64,000 nucleotides of DNA from Lytechinus pictus (taxonomy: Eukaryota), in NCBI RefSeq assembly GCF_037042905.1, contig NC_087252.1, forward strand, positions 1,304,001 through 1,368,000. The letters run 5' to 3'. The notes under the pieces were generated by a model. It ran no database searches and was not told where the DNA came from. It was given only the letters and a program-made list of their open reading frames with translations. How positions within the stretch are numbered: the stretch's first letter is position 1; each line of letters begins with the position of its first letter. Shown piece after piece: positions 1-12,200 of the stretch. The translations under genes were made by a program, and so were the position numbers.

Positions 1-760
1 GCAACCTCCAGCTGCTCGTTTGGTAAGTTGTCTTTATATTTAATCCAAAACCAGGCTGAGGACCTTGTAGCAATCTCCATTAATTCCAAAGCCAGCTTCC
101 TTCTGTTGGTTATTCCCATCCTTGAGAGGAAGAAATGGAGAGACTTGGTCGCATATCCTCTGCAGCCGATCTCCACTGGGTAGTAGTCTACCTTCCATCC
201 CCTCTTCTTACATTCTAAGATAAGTCCGGCATATTTTGACGTCTTGTACTCATGGGCCGTCTCAATTTTCTCCTCCCATGGTACAGTCAGTTTACAGAGG
301 ATGACCGACTTGGATTGCTTCGACCAGACTACCATATCTGGTCGCATGTTGGTAGTCACAATCTCACTGGGAAAGGTCATCTGCTCATCCAAGTCTGAGA
401 CCAACTGCCAATCTCTTGCTAGACAAAGGAGCCTACTTGTGTGTAGTCTAGCTTTTCTGTTGGCTCCAGTACTTGTTCCAGCCTTCACAAATGAGATCAT
501 CGCTGGAGCATTTAGTGGTTTTGTCTGGTTTGCTTTTTCAATAGTGATCTTTAGGGCATTGCTCAGTTCTTTCAAGATCACATTGTGCCTCCATATATAC
601 AAGTCTTCTACCAGAGACACCTAACAATTTGATAGAATGTGTCTGAGTGAACCTTTCTTTCCACATCTATGGCAATTCTCGTTCTCGGTCTTGGTCCACT
701 TCTTCAGGTTATACGGAGAAGGAGGAACGTCGTAGGTTGCTCGTAGCAAGAATTGGACTT
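1..760 (-). mobile_element. Non-LTR retrotransposon remnant with CCHC knuckle and restriction-like endonuclease (HERO/NeSL/R2-group type), degenerate
   Basis: Minus-strand translation gives LRATYDVPPSPYNLKKW...CHRCGKKGSLRHILSNC*...YIWRHNVILKEL, then RPDMVVWSKQSKSVILCKLTVPWEEKIETAHEYKTSKY...YPVEIGCRG. This is the CCHC plus PD-(D/E)xK-type layout of RLE elements. It contains an in-frame stop. Confidence 0.85.
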
Positions 761-1247
761 ATATAAGTCTAATCATCTTATTAATGTGTATGTCAGTTTA
801 GTCAATAGAACTGAAAATCGATTAATCAACGATTAAGACATTCTATATCAATCAATATATTGACCGGTTAATCGTTTTAATAAATAAAATAATTTCAGTA
901 ATGTGTCGGTCAATAGTTTTGTTTGTTTTATAGCGTGTTTTTATTGTCTTCTCTCAAATCAAATATACAATTACAATATAACTCCCATAAGCAAATTATA
1001 CAATCATTGAAACAGGTTTTATCACAGAATTACACAATTGTACAGCGATCATTGAGAACGAAAAATATATAATGATAAGTACATGTAACTTGTCTCTAGT
1101 ATAGACCGAAATTCATTGGAATCAGCAATGAAAAGAGAGAAAAATAAAGATAAAAAAATATTTACATTAACAATCGATCAATCAATAATGCGATGACATT
1201 ATGTTTTTTTTTTTTTTAGATTTTTACTCCTCCACATACATAACGCT

Positions 1248-1763
1248 GAATCCACGAAGTGGCACAACGTCCCAAAATCACGTGAAAAGTCCATTTTAAG
1301 TATCATTCTGTTTTAGAAGTCAATTCTTAGTATCTTTCAGATTTAGTATTCCTTGACTGTGGTTTATCATTTCACTGAAATTTAGAACCCAATTCTCTGT
1401 AATTAATGAGATAATTAAAGTGAAAAAAATGACACTAGTCTCTAAATCCTTTGTAAAATAATCCACGAAATGGCACGCACGTGCGCGCCGTTTCTACGTA
1501 CGCTGAAGTAATATTTTCCACAAAACGACACTTGTCATGCTTGTGTTTGAATCACTGCTATGTCAAGATTTGATGTTTATTCGATGAAATTTTAACATGG
1601 GAGGCAGGAGTAGATACCTGGCTCGTGGTATGTGCATTTGTCATTCTGTTAAATTTCACAATCATATAGCAACGGGCAATTGAAAATATAACAATCTTTA
1701 ACTGCGTTTATCTCGTTAAGTGAATTCGCCCATCAACGGTTGCGTGTGCCACTTCGTGGATTC
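1248..1763. mobile_element. MITE-like element with 19-bp terminal inverted repeats
   Basis: gaatccacgaagtggcaca (1248-1266) is the exact reverse complement of 1745-1763. There is an internal partial copy near 1462. No TSD resolved. Confidence 0.6.
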
Positions 1764-1861
1764 GGGGACGATATATACACTATCGCACACACACACGTAC
1801 ACATCCATACATATAGGCCAGTATGAAATTACAGTATTGAATTTCATCTGGGACAAATTTC

Positions 1862-1895
<34 letters not shown>

Positions 1896-2439
1896 CGCTG
1901 ACTGTTAAAAGCTACTGAAATCCGCCAATCTGATTGGCTTAAAGTGAATTTTGGTAGTTTCTTCATATCACAACTCTTTATAAAACGGGACCCTACCTTG
2001 TCCCTGGACTATATTTGCTGCTTCTCATGTCTTCATGCTACATGGGTGCGTTCGTCGGGGGGGGGTAATAAAGCATCAATACTATGGATCAATGCATTAA
2101 GATTGAATTAAGAACTTAACTCATTAAAAAACATACAACCCTTTACCATGTTTACCATGCACGCAGCCATCAGCATCGTCATCAAACTAAAGCTTGTGTC
2201 TACATACTTCCTTTTGGATAAAATGGTCAGACACAATTAGATCTTGGATCCAGTCGTGTTAATTTACTCTTAGAAAAGAAAAAAAGATAGCTGCGAACTG
2301 GAACCCTTTTGTCCGGTATATGGAACCCTCGACAAAAGGTTCCCAAAAAGTTATCGTTTTCAAAAACTTAAGAAGAATTCAGAGTGGCTGTTTAAGGTTA
2401 TTAGAACCGTTAGGGAACCTTTAAAGGTCCATTTAAGGG

Positions 2440-3110
2440 ATCTCAGATCCAATCATCATCTTGTCATATATTTATCTCTTCTAAGAGACATTGTCGACTG
2501 ATCAAGCTCTTGGATGTCGTAGTTTTTACATCTTGCCATTAATTTATCATCTCTTCTAATAGAAATGACGAGATCTCAGATCTAGTCATCTCACTACTTC
2601 TCTCATGTTTATCATGTCTATACTACAGAAGCTTAATCGAGCTATTATTATGTCCAAATATCAAGATCTGGGATTTCGTCGTGTCTATATTCTGAAGAAC
2701 AGAATGATGATCGTTATGCCAACGTTATGTGAAAGAGATGATCAAATTACAAGATATGGTACATCATTTTGTTATCTATTCTTTTCTAAATGGATGTTGA
2801 CATGAGATCCAAGAACTCATCATGTCTACATTCTGAAGAACTTAGAGAAGATCACCACACAAGTTCTTGGATGTCGTAATGTCTACATTTTTCCATTGAT
2901 TTCTATCATATTTTCTAGATAATGGATGTTGACATGAGATCGCGTCATGTGATTATACATTCTTATGGAAGCATAAAGTGCCCCCAGAATCTCAAAATTT
3001 CGATCTCACCATTGCTACAGAGATAGACTTGGATCTCATTATATCGATCGTTTTGGAAATGTTGGCTCGGTGACAATAACCTAGATGATCAAATTACAAG
3101 TTCTTGGATC
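2440..3110. repeat. Degenerate local repeat region
   Basis: Recurrent motifs: tcttggatgtcgta (~2508, ~2864), tggatgttgacatgagatc (~2791, ~2923), gatgatcaaattacaag (~2737, ~3085). Confidence 0.5.
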
Positions 3111-3277
3111 TTAGTGCTCTCTTTGTTGATTCTTAATACATGACCTTCGTCATGTTCGTTTAGTGGCCATCATGCTGATGAGCTAGCCGAGGCGTTATTC
3201 TCGTATATCAGGATAAAAGTTATTCCCAATGCCATACCATCTGCCGCCCTGTCTACAAACCTCGTAGGTTTCTGAAT

Positions 3278-4268
3278 TTAAGCAAATGTAGATTTGGTAG
3301 AACAAAGTTTTCTCCAAACAGTTTTGTTCTTAAAATACTTCAGGGCATTTTCACGGAATGTGCGATTGTGGTAGCAGTATATAATTGGATTTACAGCTGA
3401 TCCGCAAAAAACATGAACATTGCGACGTCATCAAATGGACGCGAGAGTACAGATGAGCTTCAGTATCGAAAACCATAATGATGTGAACAATACTCATTGG
3501 GATGCATGAAATAAAAAAAAAAGCAAGAGTGATGAAGATAACTTTCTGTGATGCCTTAACGCGAGAAGCGGTAATATCGTCTTGTGCTCTGCCGATAGCC
3601 AGCTCCATATCGGCTATTCGACGCGCATGTCGCATTGCCGTTCGCAGAATCAGCATGTTGAGGACAAGTAAGGTTGATACCGATGCGGTGATCGCTGTCG
3701 TCACAAGGAAAAACAGCATTCTACTACCAAGACCATACTGGAAAGTAGTCCCAGAGCAGAATATTGTAACGGTAGTTGGACTTTCTTCTAAATTGCTGAC
3801 TAGGTGAAGCATAAACCTAACGATACTCATCAACCAACTTATAAGTATCCCGATCGCGATTCGCTTCGTGGTGACGAGAGTTTGGTATTGGAGAGGTCGA
3901 TGAACGGCGATATATCGATCACATGTTACCATGACAATATGAAATAGATTATTGGCGGCTAAAAGATAGCTTAATGCCGAAAAATACCTTGAGTACATTT
4001 CAAGACATGTTATGTCGGAAAATACGACTCTCCGATAGACTTCCAACGGGATTCCGACCAAACCGTTTAATAAGTCTATAGCGGCTAAACTGGAGAGAAG
4101 ATAATATGTAGGTGTCCTAAGACGTTCAGTTTTGAGAAAGGTTGCGATTACCAAGAAGTTCCCTATAATTGAACCAGACATGATGAGAACAGCACATGTG
4201 ACGCAAACCCCTATATATACTGGGGGATTAGGAAGAAAAATCACAGTTGTATTGACAGGAGTCAACAT
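3278..4268 (-). CDS. Intronless rhodopsin-family (class A) GPCR with a frameshift in TM7 (pseudogene or sequence error)
   Basis: ORF 4268-3351 has TM1 GN (IIGNFLVI), TM2 LAAID, TM3 CDRYIAV, TM4 W and TM6 FISCIP. The TM7 end GSAVNPIIYCYHNRTFR...STFA* lies in another frame and stops at 3278-3280. The shift is at or near the A6 run at 3406-3411. Confidence 0.85.
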
Positions 4269-4877
4269 TTTTAAGTTGAAGTTCAGTCCATCCGCTGGAT
4301 AATCTTTCAGGATTCCCCAATATAAGATTCAAAGGCCCATTTAGCTCACATCAGTTTAAATCCTAATGAAAAAAATTACAGGCTATAAAACAATAATTTC
4401 CATGTTTTTTTTTTTCTTTTTGCACGTAGGCCGGTTTATACGTCGTTTTTCTTTCCTTTTTAAAGAACTAGGTATGTTGTCAGATATATCCGTGTTTCCC
4501 GAAACGTCACCAAATCAACCATTAGGCCTGCACCTTTTTTACAGTAAAAAAAATATATTTAAGTTCTCTGCTTATTTACCTGTAGTCATAGGAATTTTGC
4601 GGTAATGGAAGCTGCGACGCGTGACAGCCAATTACATTATTGTGAAAGTAGACGGGAAAATGATTTAAAAAGCAAGGTATGTAATCATTCGTGATCAATT
4701 TCCGCTGACTACCTGGTGTGATCGAGGTAGCTCTTGCGATCAGCGACAGCAGTTGTCTCTATACAGCCACAAAACGGCACTTTCAAAAGATGAAATTTAA
4801 GAAAAATATGCTGAATATGATTCCTGGTTGATATAACGTGATTAATAAAGGGTTCCATTCTCCTATTATTCTATTCA

Positions 4878-6385
4878 TTCCACGTCGCAGTTCATGTTCG
4901 ATTAAATCTCGTAAAATTGAATATTACAAAGATCAGTTTGACTGTGCCAAAGGCAATATGAAGAAAACATGAAAATGTGATCAATACATAGAGAATTAAA
5001 GGTGTTTATATACGCAAAAATATTGTTGACGGAGATAAAGTACAGATTCAAACTTGTTCCCTGATATTGCGAAAAAACTATTTTGTAAATATTGCATTCA
5101 ACTTAAATAGCAGTTTTACAAGCTCGCCTTGTCAAGATGTCACCACTCATATTAAGAGTAATAACAAGTCAATGTATTGTAATCCAATAACCGTGGGTCA
5201 AGTTATTGAAATAGTAAAAAAAATAAACATAAGTCAAATGTGGGCCATGGTGGAATTGATATAAGAGTAATAAAAAAAAGTATTTATTTCTTGTGTCAAA
5301 CTTTATGTGCAATATATAATGCTTGTCTCGAGTCGGGGATTTTTCCGACGCAACTCAAAATTGGTCGGGTTATTCCCATTTTTAAAGGTGGTTGTCCTGA
5401 AATACTTACAAACTATCGCCCAATTTCCATTTTAACTGTTTTTTCAAAGATTTTTGAGAAATTTATATACTGTATGTTAGATTACTGAATTTTATCAATG
5501 AGTGCAATATTATTAGCCCGAACCAACATGCATTTCGGGTGGGGTATTCCACATCATCAGCATTACTTGATTTTATTCAAAGTATTACTAGTGTTATCGA
5601 AATGAAAGGTTTATCAATTGGCTTATTTCTAGATTTACAGAAAGGGTTTGACACACTTGACCATATTATACTCCTAAAAAAATTATTCAACTATGGAATA
5701 AGGGGGAAAATTTGGGATCTTTTAAACAATTATTTAAGTCATAGACAACAGTTTGTAACTTTAAATAGTCAATAATCTAATTACAAGGACTTAAGGTGTG
5801 GAGTACCCCAAGGTTCTAACTTCGGGCCCCTTTTATTTACTTTGTATATAAATGATCTGTGCGATGTATCTTCGAAATTGAAATATATTTAATTTGCCGA
5901 TGATACAAATATTTTTATGTTCTGCAAGTGAAATTGGTGAAGTAAAAAAGGTAACTTCTTGGTTGACCATTAATAAATTATCTGTAAATATTTTTAAAAC
6001 ACAGTATATGGTTTTTACAAATAAGAAAATATGCATTGACAATCTGCAGGTGCAATTAGCAAATTTGAGTAAAGCAAAGGCATCGCAAGTAAAATTTCTG
6101 GTATTATAATTGATAGTAAATTGCTATGGGTTCCTAATATTGATTTGATTTGTAATAGAATTTCCAAAATCATAGGCATTTTGTACGGATTACGCAATTT
6201 TCCAATTACTGTTTTACGAAATATTTATTCCGCACTTGTTGCACCTTTTTTTGAGTTACGGTATTCTTGCCTGCGCAGTGCTTCTTATTCACACCTGGAT
6301 AGAATTTAAACTTCAAAAAAACTTCAAAAACGTGCAATAAGAATTGATAACCATTCATCTTTTTATAATCATGAAGAGTGCATAT
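4878..6385 (+). mobile_element. CR1/L2-like LINE reverse transcriptase fragment, degenerate (copy 1)
   Basis: Broken frames contain NYRPISIL..FSKIFEK, FLDLQKGFDTLDH, GVPQGSNFGPLLFTLYINDL and FADDT, with several stops and frameshifts. Confidence 0.9.
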
Positions 6386-6651
6386 ATATAAACCCGTCGT
6401 GACTGCGTGCCATGTCGGGACGGGAATTTTGAAATGTTCAACATTTTGGTCATGACAAAATTTAGCGACCGAGTCGTGGACTATGCGCAAAATGTTCTTG
6501 AACTCGTTGTGAACTCGTCTGGACGATGCGGGAGGATGCGTGGCAGTACGCGCAATGCTACGAATTTTTTGAACTGCCACGAATAGTACACGTCGTGTTC
6601 ACGAATATTTTGGCACGACACCGTCCGCATTGCGGAAACTCGTCGTGCCAA

Positions 6652-6858
6652 TGCCATTTTTTTCCTCTGCCATTATTACCGCTGCTATTTATTCCTCTGC
6701 CATTTTTACCTCTACCATTTTTACCTCTGCCATTTTTACCTTTGCCATTTTTACCTCTGCCATTTTTACCTCTGCCATTTTTACCTTTGCCATTTTTACC
6801 TCTGCCATTTTTACCTTTGTCATTTTTACCTTTGCAATTTTTACCACTGCCATTTTTA
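6652..6858. repeat. 15-bp minisatellite (tgccatttttacctc)n, copy 1
   Basis: About 13 tandem units. This repeat produces the spurious FLPLP/GKNGR ORFs. Confidence 0.9.
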
Positions 6859-6874
6859 CACCGAGCCGTTGAAG

Positions 6875-7169
6875 TGTAGATTGATTGCATCATTGAGTGG
6901 TTGTTGAATTGTAGATTGATTGCATCATTTGAGTGGTTGTTGAATTGTGTATTGATTGCATCATTGAGTGGTTGTTGAATTGTAGATTGATAGCATCATT
7001 GAGTGGTTGTTTAATTGTAGATTGATTGCATTATTGAGTGGTTGTTGAATCGGAGATTGATTGCATTATTGAGTGGTTGTTGAATCGGAGATTGATTGCA
7101 TCATTGAGTGGTTGTTGAATTGTAGATTGATTGCATCAATGAGTGGTTGTTGAATTGCAGATTGTTTAC
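6875..7169. repeat. 35-bp minisatellite, short array
   Basis: Unit tgtagattgattgcatcattgagtggttgttgaat, about 8 copies. Confidence 0.95.
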
Positions 7170-7183
7170 TCCCATTATACTCC

Positions 7184-8203
7184 CGGGTTATTCCCATTTT
7201 TAAAGGTGGTTGTCCTGAAATACTTACAAACTATCGCCCAATTTCCATTTTAACTGTTTTTTCAAAGATTTTTGAGAAATTTATATACTGTATGTTAGAT
7301 TACTGAATTTTATCAATGAGTGCAATATTATTAGCCCGAACCAACATGCATTTCGGGTGGGGTATTCCACATCATCAGCATTACTTGATTTTATTCAAAG
7401 TATTACTAGTGTTATCGAAATGAAAGGTTTATCAATTGGCTTATTTCTAGATTTACAGAAAGGGTTTGACACACTTGACCATATTATACTCCTAAAAAAA
7501 TTATTCAACTATGGAATAAGGGGGAAAATTTGGGATCTTTTAAACAATTATTTAAGTCATAGACAACAGTTTGTAACTTTAAATAGTCAATAATCTAATT
7601 ACAAGGACTTAAGGTGTGGAGTACCCCAAGGTTCTAACTTCGGGCCCCTTTTATTTACTTTGTATATAAATGATCTGTGCGATGTATCTTCGAAATTGAA
7701 ATATATTTAATTTGCCGATGATACAAATATTTTTATGTTCTGCAAGTGAAATTGGTGAAGTAAAAAAGGTAACTTCTTGGTTGACCATTAATAAATTATC
7801 TGTAAATATTTTTAAAACACAGTATATGGTTTTTACAAATAAGAAAATATGCATTGACAATCTGCAGGTGCAATTAGCAAATTTGAGTAAAGCAAAGGCA
7901 TCGCAAGTAAAATTTCTGGTATTATAATTGATAGTAAATTGCTATGGGTTCCTAATATTGATTTGATTTGTAATAGAATTTCCAAAATCATAGGCATTTT
8001 GTACGGATTACGCAATTTTCCAATTACTGTTTTACGAAATATTTATTCCGCACTTGTTGCACCTTTTTTTGAGTTACGGTATTCTTGCCTGCGCAGTGCT
8101 TCTTATTCACACCTGGATAGAATTTAAACTTCAAAAAAACTTCAAAAACGTGCAATAAGAATTGATAACCATTCATCTTTTTATAATCATGAAGAGTGCA
8201 TAT
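7184..8203 (+). mobile_element. CR1/L2-like LINE RT fragment (duplicated copy 2)
   Basis: Identical to 5366-6385. Confidence 0.9.
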
Positions 8204-8469
8204 ATATAAACCCGTCGTGACTGCGTGCCATGTCGGGACGGGAATTTTGAAATGTTCAACATTTTGGTCATGACAAAATTTAGCGACCGAGTCGTGGACT
8301 ATGCGCAAAATGTTCTTGAACTCGTTGTGAACTCGTCTGGACGATGCGGGAGGATGCGTGGCAGTACGCGCAATGCTACGAATTTTTTGAACTGCCACGA
8401 ATAGTACACGTCGTGTTCACGAATATTTTGGCACGACACCGTCCGCATTGCGGAAACTCGTCGTGCCAA

Positions 8470-8676
8470 TGCCATTTTTTTCCTCTGCCATTATTACCGC
8501 TGCTATTTATTCCTCTGCCATTTTTACCTCTACCATTTTTACCTCTGCCATTTTTACCTTTGCCATTTTTACCTCTGCCATTTTTACCTCTGCCATTTTT
8601 ACCTTTGCCATTTTTACCTCTGCCATTTTTACCTTTGTCATTTTTACCTTTGCAATTTTTACCACTGCCATTTTTA
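8470..8676. repeat. 15-bp minisatellite, copy 2
   Basis: Duplicate of 6652-6858. Confidence 0.9.
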
Positions 8677-8692
8677 CACCGAGCCGTTGAAG

Positions 8693-10350
8693 TGTAGATT
8701 GATTGCATCATTGAGTGGTTGTTGAATTGTAGATTGATTGCATCATTTGAGTGGTTGTTGAATTGTGTATTGATTGCATCATTGAGTGGTTGTTGAATTG
8801 TAGATTGATAGCATCATTGAGTGGTTGTTTAATTGTAGATTGATTGCATTATTGAGTGGTTGTTGAATCGGAGATTGATTGCATTATTGAGTGGTTGTTG
8901 AATCGGAGATTGATTGCATCATTGAGTGGTTGTTGAATTGTAGATTGATTGCATCATTGAGTGGTTGTTGAATTGCAGATTGTTTACATCATCGAGTGGT
9001 TGTTGAATTGTAGATTGATTGCATCAATGACTGGTTGTTGAATTGTAGATTGATTGCATCATTGAGTGGTTGTTGAATTGTAGATTGATTGCATCATTGA
9101 GTGGTTGTTGAATTGTAGATTGATTGCATCATTGAGTGGTTGTTGAATTGTAGATTAATTGCATTATTGAGTGGTTGTTGAATTGTAGATTGATTGCATC
9201 ATTGAGTGGTTGTTGAATTGTAGATTGATTGCATCATTGAGTGGTTAATTGTTGAATCGGAGATTGATTGCATTATTGAGTGGTAAATTGTTGAATCGGA
9301 GATCGATTGCATCATTGAGTGGTTGTTGAATGGTAGATTGATTGCATCATTGAGTGGTTGTTGAATTGTAGATTGATTGCATCATTGAGTGTTTGTTGAA
9401 TTGTAGATTGATTTCACCAGTGAGTGGTTGTTGAATTGCAGATTGATTGCATTATTGAGTGGTTGTTGAATTGTAGATTGATTGCATCATTGAGTGGTTG
9501 TTGAATTGTAGATTGATTGCATCATTGAGTGTTTGTTGAATTGTAGATTGATTTCACCAGTGAGTGGTTGTTGAATTGCAGATTGATTGCATCATTGAGT
9601 GGTTGTTGAATTGCAGATTGATTGCATCATTGAGTGGTTGTTGAATTGCAGATTGATTGCATCATTGAGTGGTTGTTGAATTGTAGATTGATTGCATCAT
9701 TGAGTGGTTGTTTAATTGTAGATTGATTGCATTATTGAGTGGTTGTTGAATTGCAGATTGATTGCATTATTGAGTGGTTGTTGAATTGTAGATTGATTGC
9801 ATCATTGAGTGGTTGTTGAATTGTAGATTGATTGCATCATTGAGTGTTTGTTGAATTGTAGATTGATTTCACCAGTGAGTGGTTGTTGAATTGCAGATTG
9901 ATTGCATTATTGAGTGGTTGTTGAATTGTAGATTGATTGCATCATTGAGTGGTTGTTGAATTGTAGATTGATTGCATCATTGAGTGTTTGTTGAATTGTA
10001 GATTGATTTCACCAGTGAGTGGTTGTTGAATTGCAGATTGATTGCATCATTGAGTGGTTGTTGAATTGCAGATTGATTGCATCATTGAGTGGTTGTTGAA
10101 TTGCAGATTGATTGCATCATTGAGTGGTTGTTGAATTGTAGATTGATTGCATTATTAAGTGGCTGTTGAATTGTAGATTGATTGCATTATTGAGTGGTTG
10201 TTGAATTGTAGATTGATTGCATCATTGAGTGGTTGTTGAATCGTAGATTGATTGCATCAATGAGTGGTTGTCAAATTGAAGATAAATTGCATCATTAGTG
10301 GTTGTTGAATTGTAGATTGATCTCATCATTGAGTGGTTTTCGAATTGAAG
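8693..10350. repeat. 35-bp minisatellite, long array (about 47 units) with higher-order structure
   Basis: Head-to-tail 35-bp units with no unique spacers. Confidence 0.95.
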
Positions 10351-10353
10351 AGT

Positions 10354-10936
10354 TTCTGCGAAAGGGGTTAGATCCACTTTAGACCATTCTAAAAAAATCA
10401 TGTTTTTTTAATTCTCCATATTGCAATATTCTTATGCAAAATTAAATTGTCATGTTATACATGTACTACCCTACCATGTGAACATAAAACTGTGTGGGGG
10501 GTATTACCATTTTTTATCTAGCTATGTTTGCAAACAAACTTAAACGGATCCAACAACTTTTTGAATTAAAGAAAAAATGTATATTTCTTTGCCATTTTTA
10601 TGCACGATTTAACTGGAATTTTAACTTGTCTTTACTATCATCAGAGCGACAAAAAATCTATACATCGAGACAAAAAAATTATGAAAAGTGCTGATCTAAC
10701 TCCTTTTGCAAATGAGCTCTTCTTGTTTGCAAAATGGGTTAGATCCACTTTAGATCATTCCAAGAATTTTTTTTTTATTCTCCCATATTGCAATATTCTT
10801 ATGCGAAACTAATTATCATGATATACCCTACCATGAGAACATAAAATTGGGTATGAAAGAAATCTGCCTGTCTTCACATTTTTTAAAATAATTTTTTCCC
10901 CAAAAGTTACCTGTGGATCTAGCCCCTTTTGCAAAC
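10354..10936. repeat. Repeat with duplicated and inverted modules (MITE-like)
   Basis: gggttagatccactttaga.cattc occurs at ~10365 and ~10736. Inverted forms gatctaactccttttgcaaa (~10693) and gtggatctagccccttttgcaaa (~10913). Confidence 0.5.
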
Positions 10937-11357
10937 TAACTGAAATGGATCAAACTACTTTTGAAAAAACTAATTTTTCTTTGCCATTTTTGTTCACTGT
11001 TTAGTGAGAAAATTAACTTTTCTTTGGTATCATCTTAGCATAGAGCTACTAAATTTCATACACTAAGACAAATCAGATTGGACAACAAGAGAGGTGACAT
11101 AACTTCTGAAGGTTTCCATGGCAAAGAAGAATAGTGTAGTAGGTTTCACGGTACACCGTGTATCTTTCTTGGGCAAGTGTTGGTCCTGAAAAGGACCACC
11201 CAATCTCAGAGAGATGACCTTCAGAGCCAACAGAGATACGATTTGAAATGCGCTCATAGGGATCTAATAAAGAAAACAAGAGTGATTATGGTAACCACCT
11301 TTGTTGCTTTGATTTGGGTGATAGTTTACAGCATCCCCTTCCTCTCTCCACTGTTAA

Positions 11358-11954
11358 AGGTCAAGTTCACCTCAGAAAAATGTTGATTTGAATAAATAGA
11401 GAAAATCAAACTAGCATAGTGCTGATAATTTCATCAAAATTGGGTGTAAAATAAGAAAGTTACGACATTTTAAAGTTTCGCTTATTTTTCACAAAACAGT
11501 GATATGCACAAACTCAGTGACATGCAAATGAGACAGTTGATGATGTCCCTCACTCACTATTTCTGTTGTTTTTTATTGTTAGAATTATACAATATTTCAT
11601 TTTTTACAGATTTGATAATAAGGACCAATTTGATTGAACCATATAGTATTAAACAATGCTAATTGCACGTTCAGGGAGAAATTAATCGTCGTTTCACACG
11701 ACAACAGGGAGAAAAATGGAATATTTCATATTTTACATAATAAAATGCAAAAGAAATAGTGAGTGATGTCACCAGTCTCCCCATTTGCATACCGACAAGG
11801 ACGTGAATATAACTGTTTTGTGAAATTAAGTGAAATTTTAAAATGTCATAACTTTCTTATTTTACATCCGATTTTGATGAAATTTTCAGTGTTATGCTTG
11901 TTGGATTTTTCTCTTTTTATTTGAATCAACTTTTTGTTGGGGTGGACTTGTCCT
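11358..11954. mobile_element. Non-autonomous DNA transposon, TTAA TSD with AGG termini (Kolobok-like), family A
   Basis: ttaa|aggtcaagttcacc ... ggtggacttgtcct|ttaa with long imperfect TIRs. A closely similar copy is at 58065-58662. Confidence 0.85.
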
Positions 11955-11974
11955 TTAAATTAGATTTTAGTGTC

Positions 11975-12200
11975 ACCCCCTCTTTCTAGTTCTCTGTCTT
12001 ATTCGCCCCTCTCTCTCCTCACCCAACCCCTCTCTCTTTCAATGCCCCTATCTCTAAATATTCTTTGACCCTCCCTCTCTCGCCCCACCCCTTTCTCTTT
12101 GCTCCCACCTCTCCATCTTCTTTGCCCCTCTCTCTTTCTTACCCCACCACCCTCTCTCTCTCTCTATTTCTCTCCCATTCTCTGTCCGTGCCTCTCTTTA
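11975..12200. repeat. CT-rich low-complexity tract
   Basis: Pyrimidine-rich (ct)n-like sequence. Confidence 0.7.

Larger units (their letters stand above)
5366..8987 (+). repeat. Tandem duplication, 1804-bp unit (5366-7169 and 7184-8987) with a 14-bp filler
   Basis: The ORF track repeats with an exact 1818-bp offset. The copies are identical by eye except a7139/t8957. Confidence 0.95.

Noticed and set aside
244..624. 126-aa plus-strand ORF
   Set aside because: It is the antisense shadow of the retrotransposon endonuclease frame.
6526..6893. ORFs with FLPLP, GKNGR or SAIFT repeats (and duplicates at 8344-8711)
   Set aside because: They are translations of a 15-bp minisatellite that is open in several frames.
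8693..10350. 35-bp repeat array as a CRISPR array
   Set aside because: Units are head-to-tail with no unique spacers, there are no cas genes, and the context is eukaryotic.
11063..11386. Overlapping short ORFs
   Set aside because: No recognisable homology from sequence alone. Possibly a decayed repeat.
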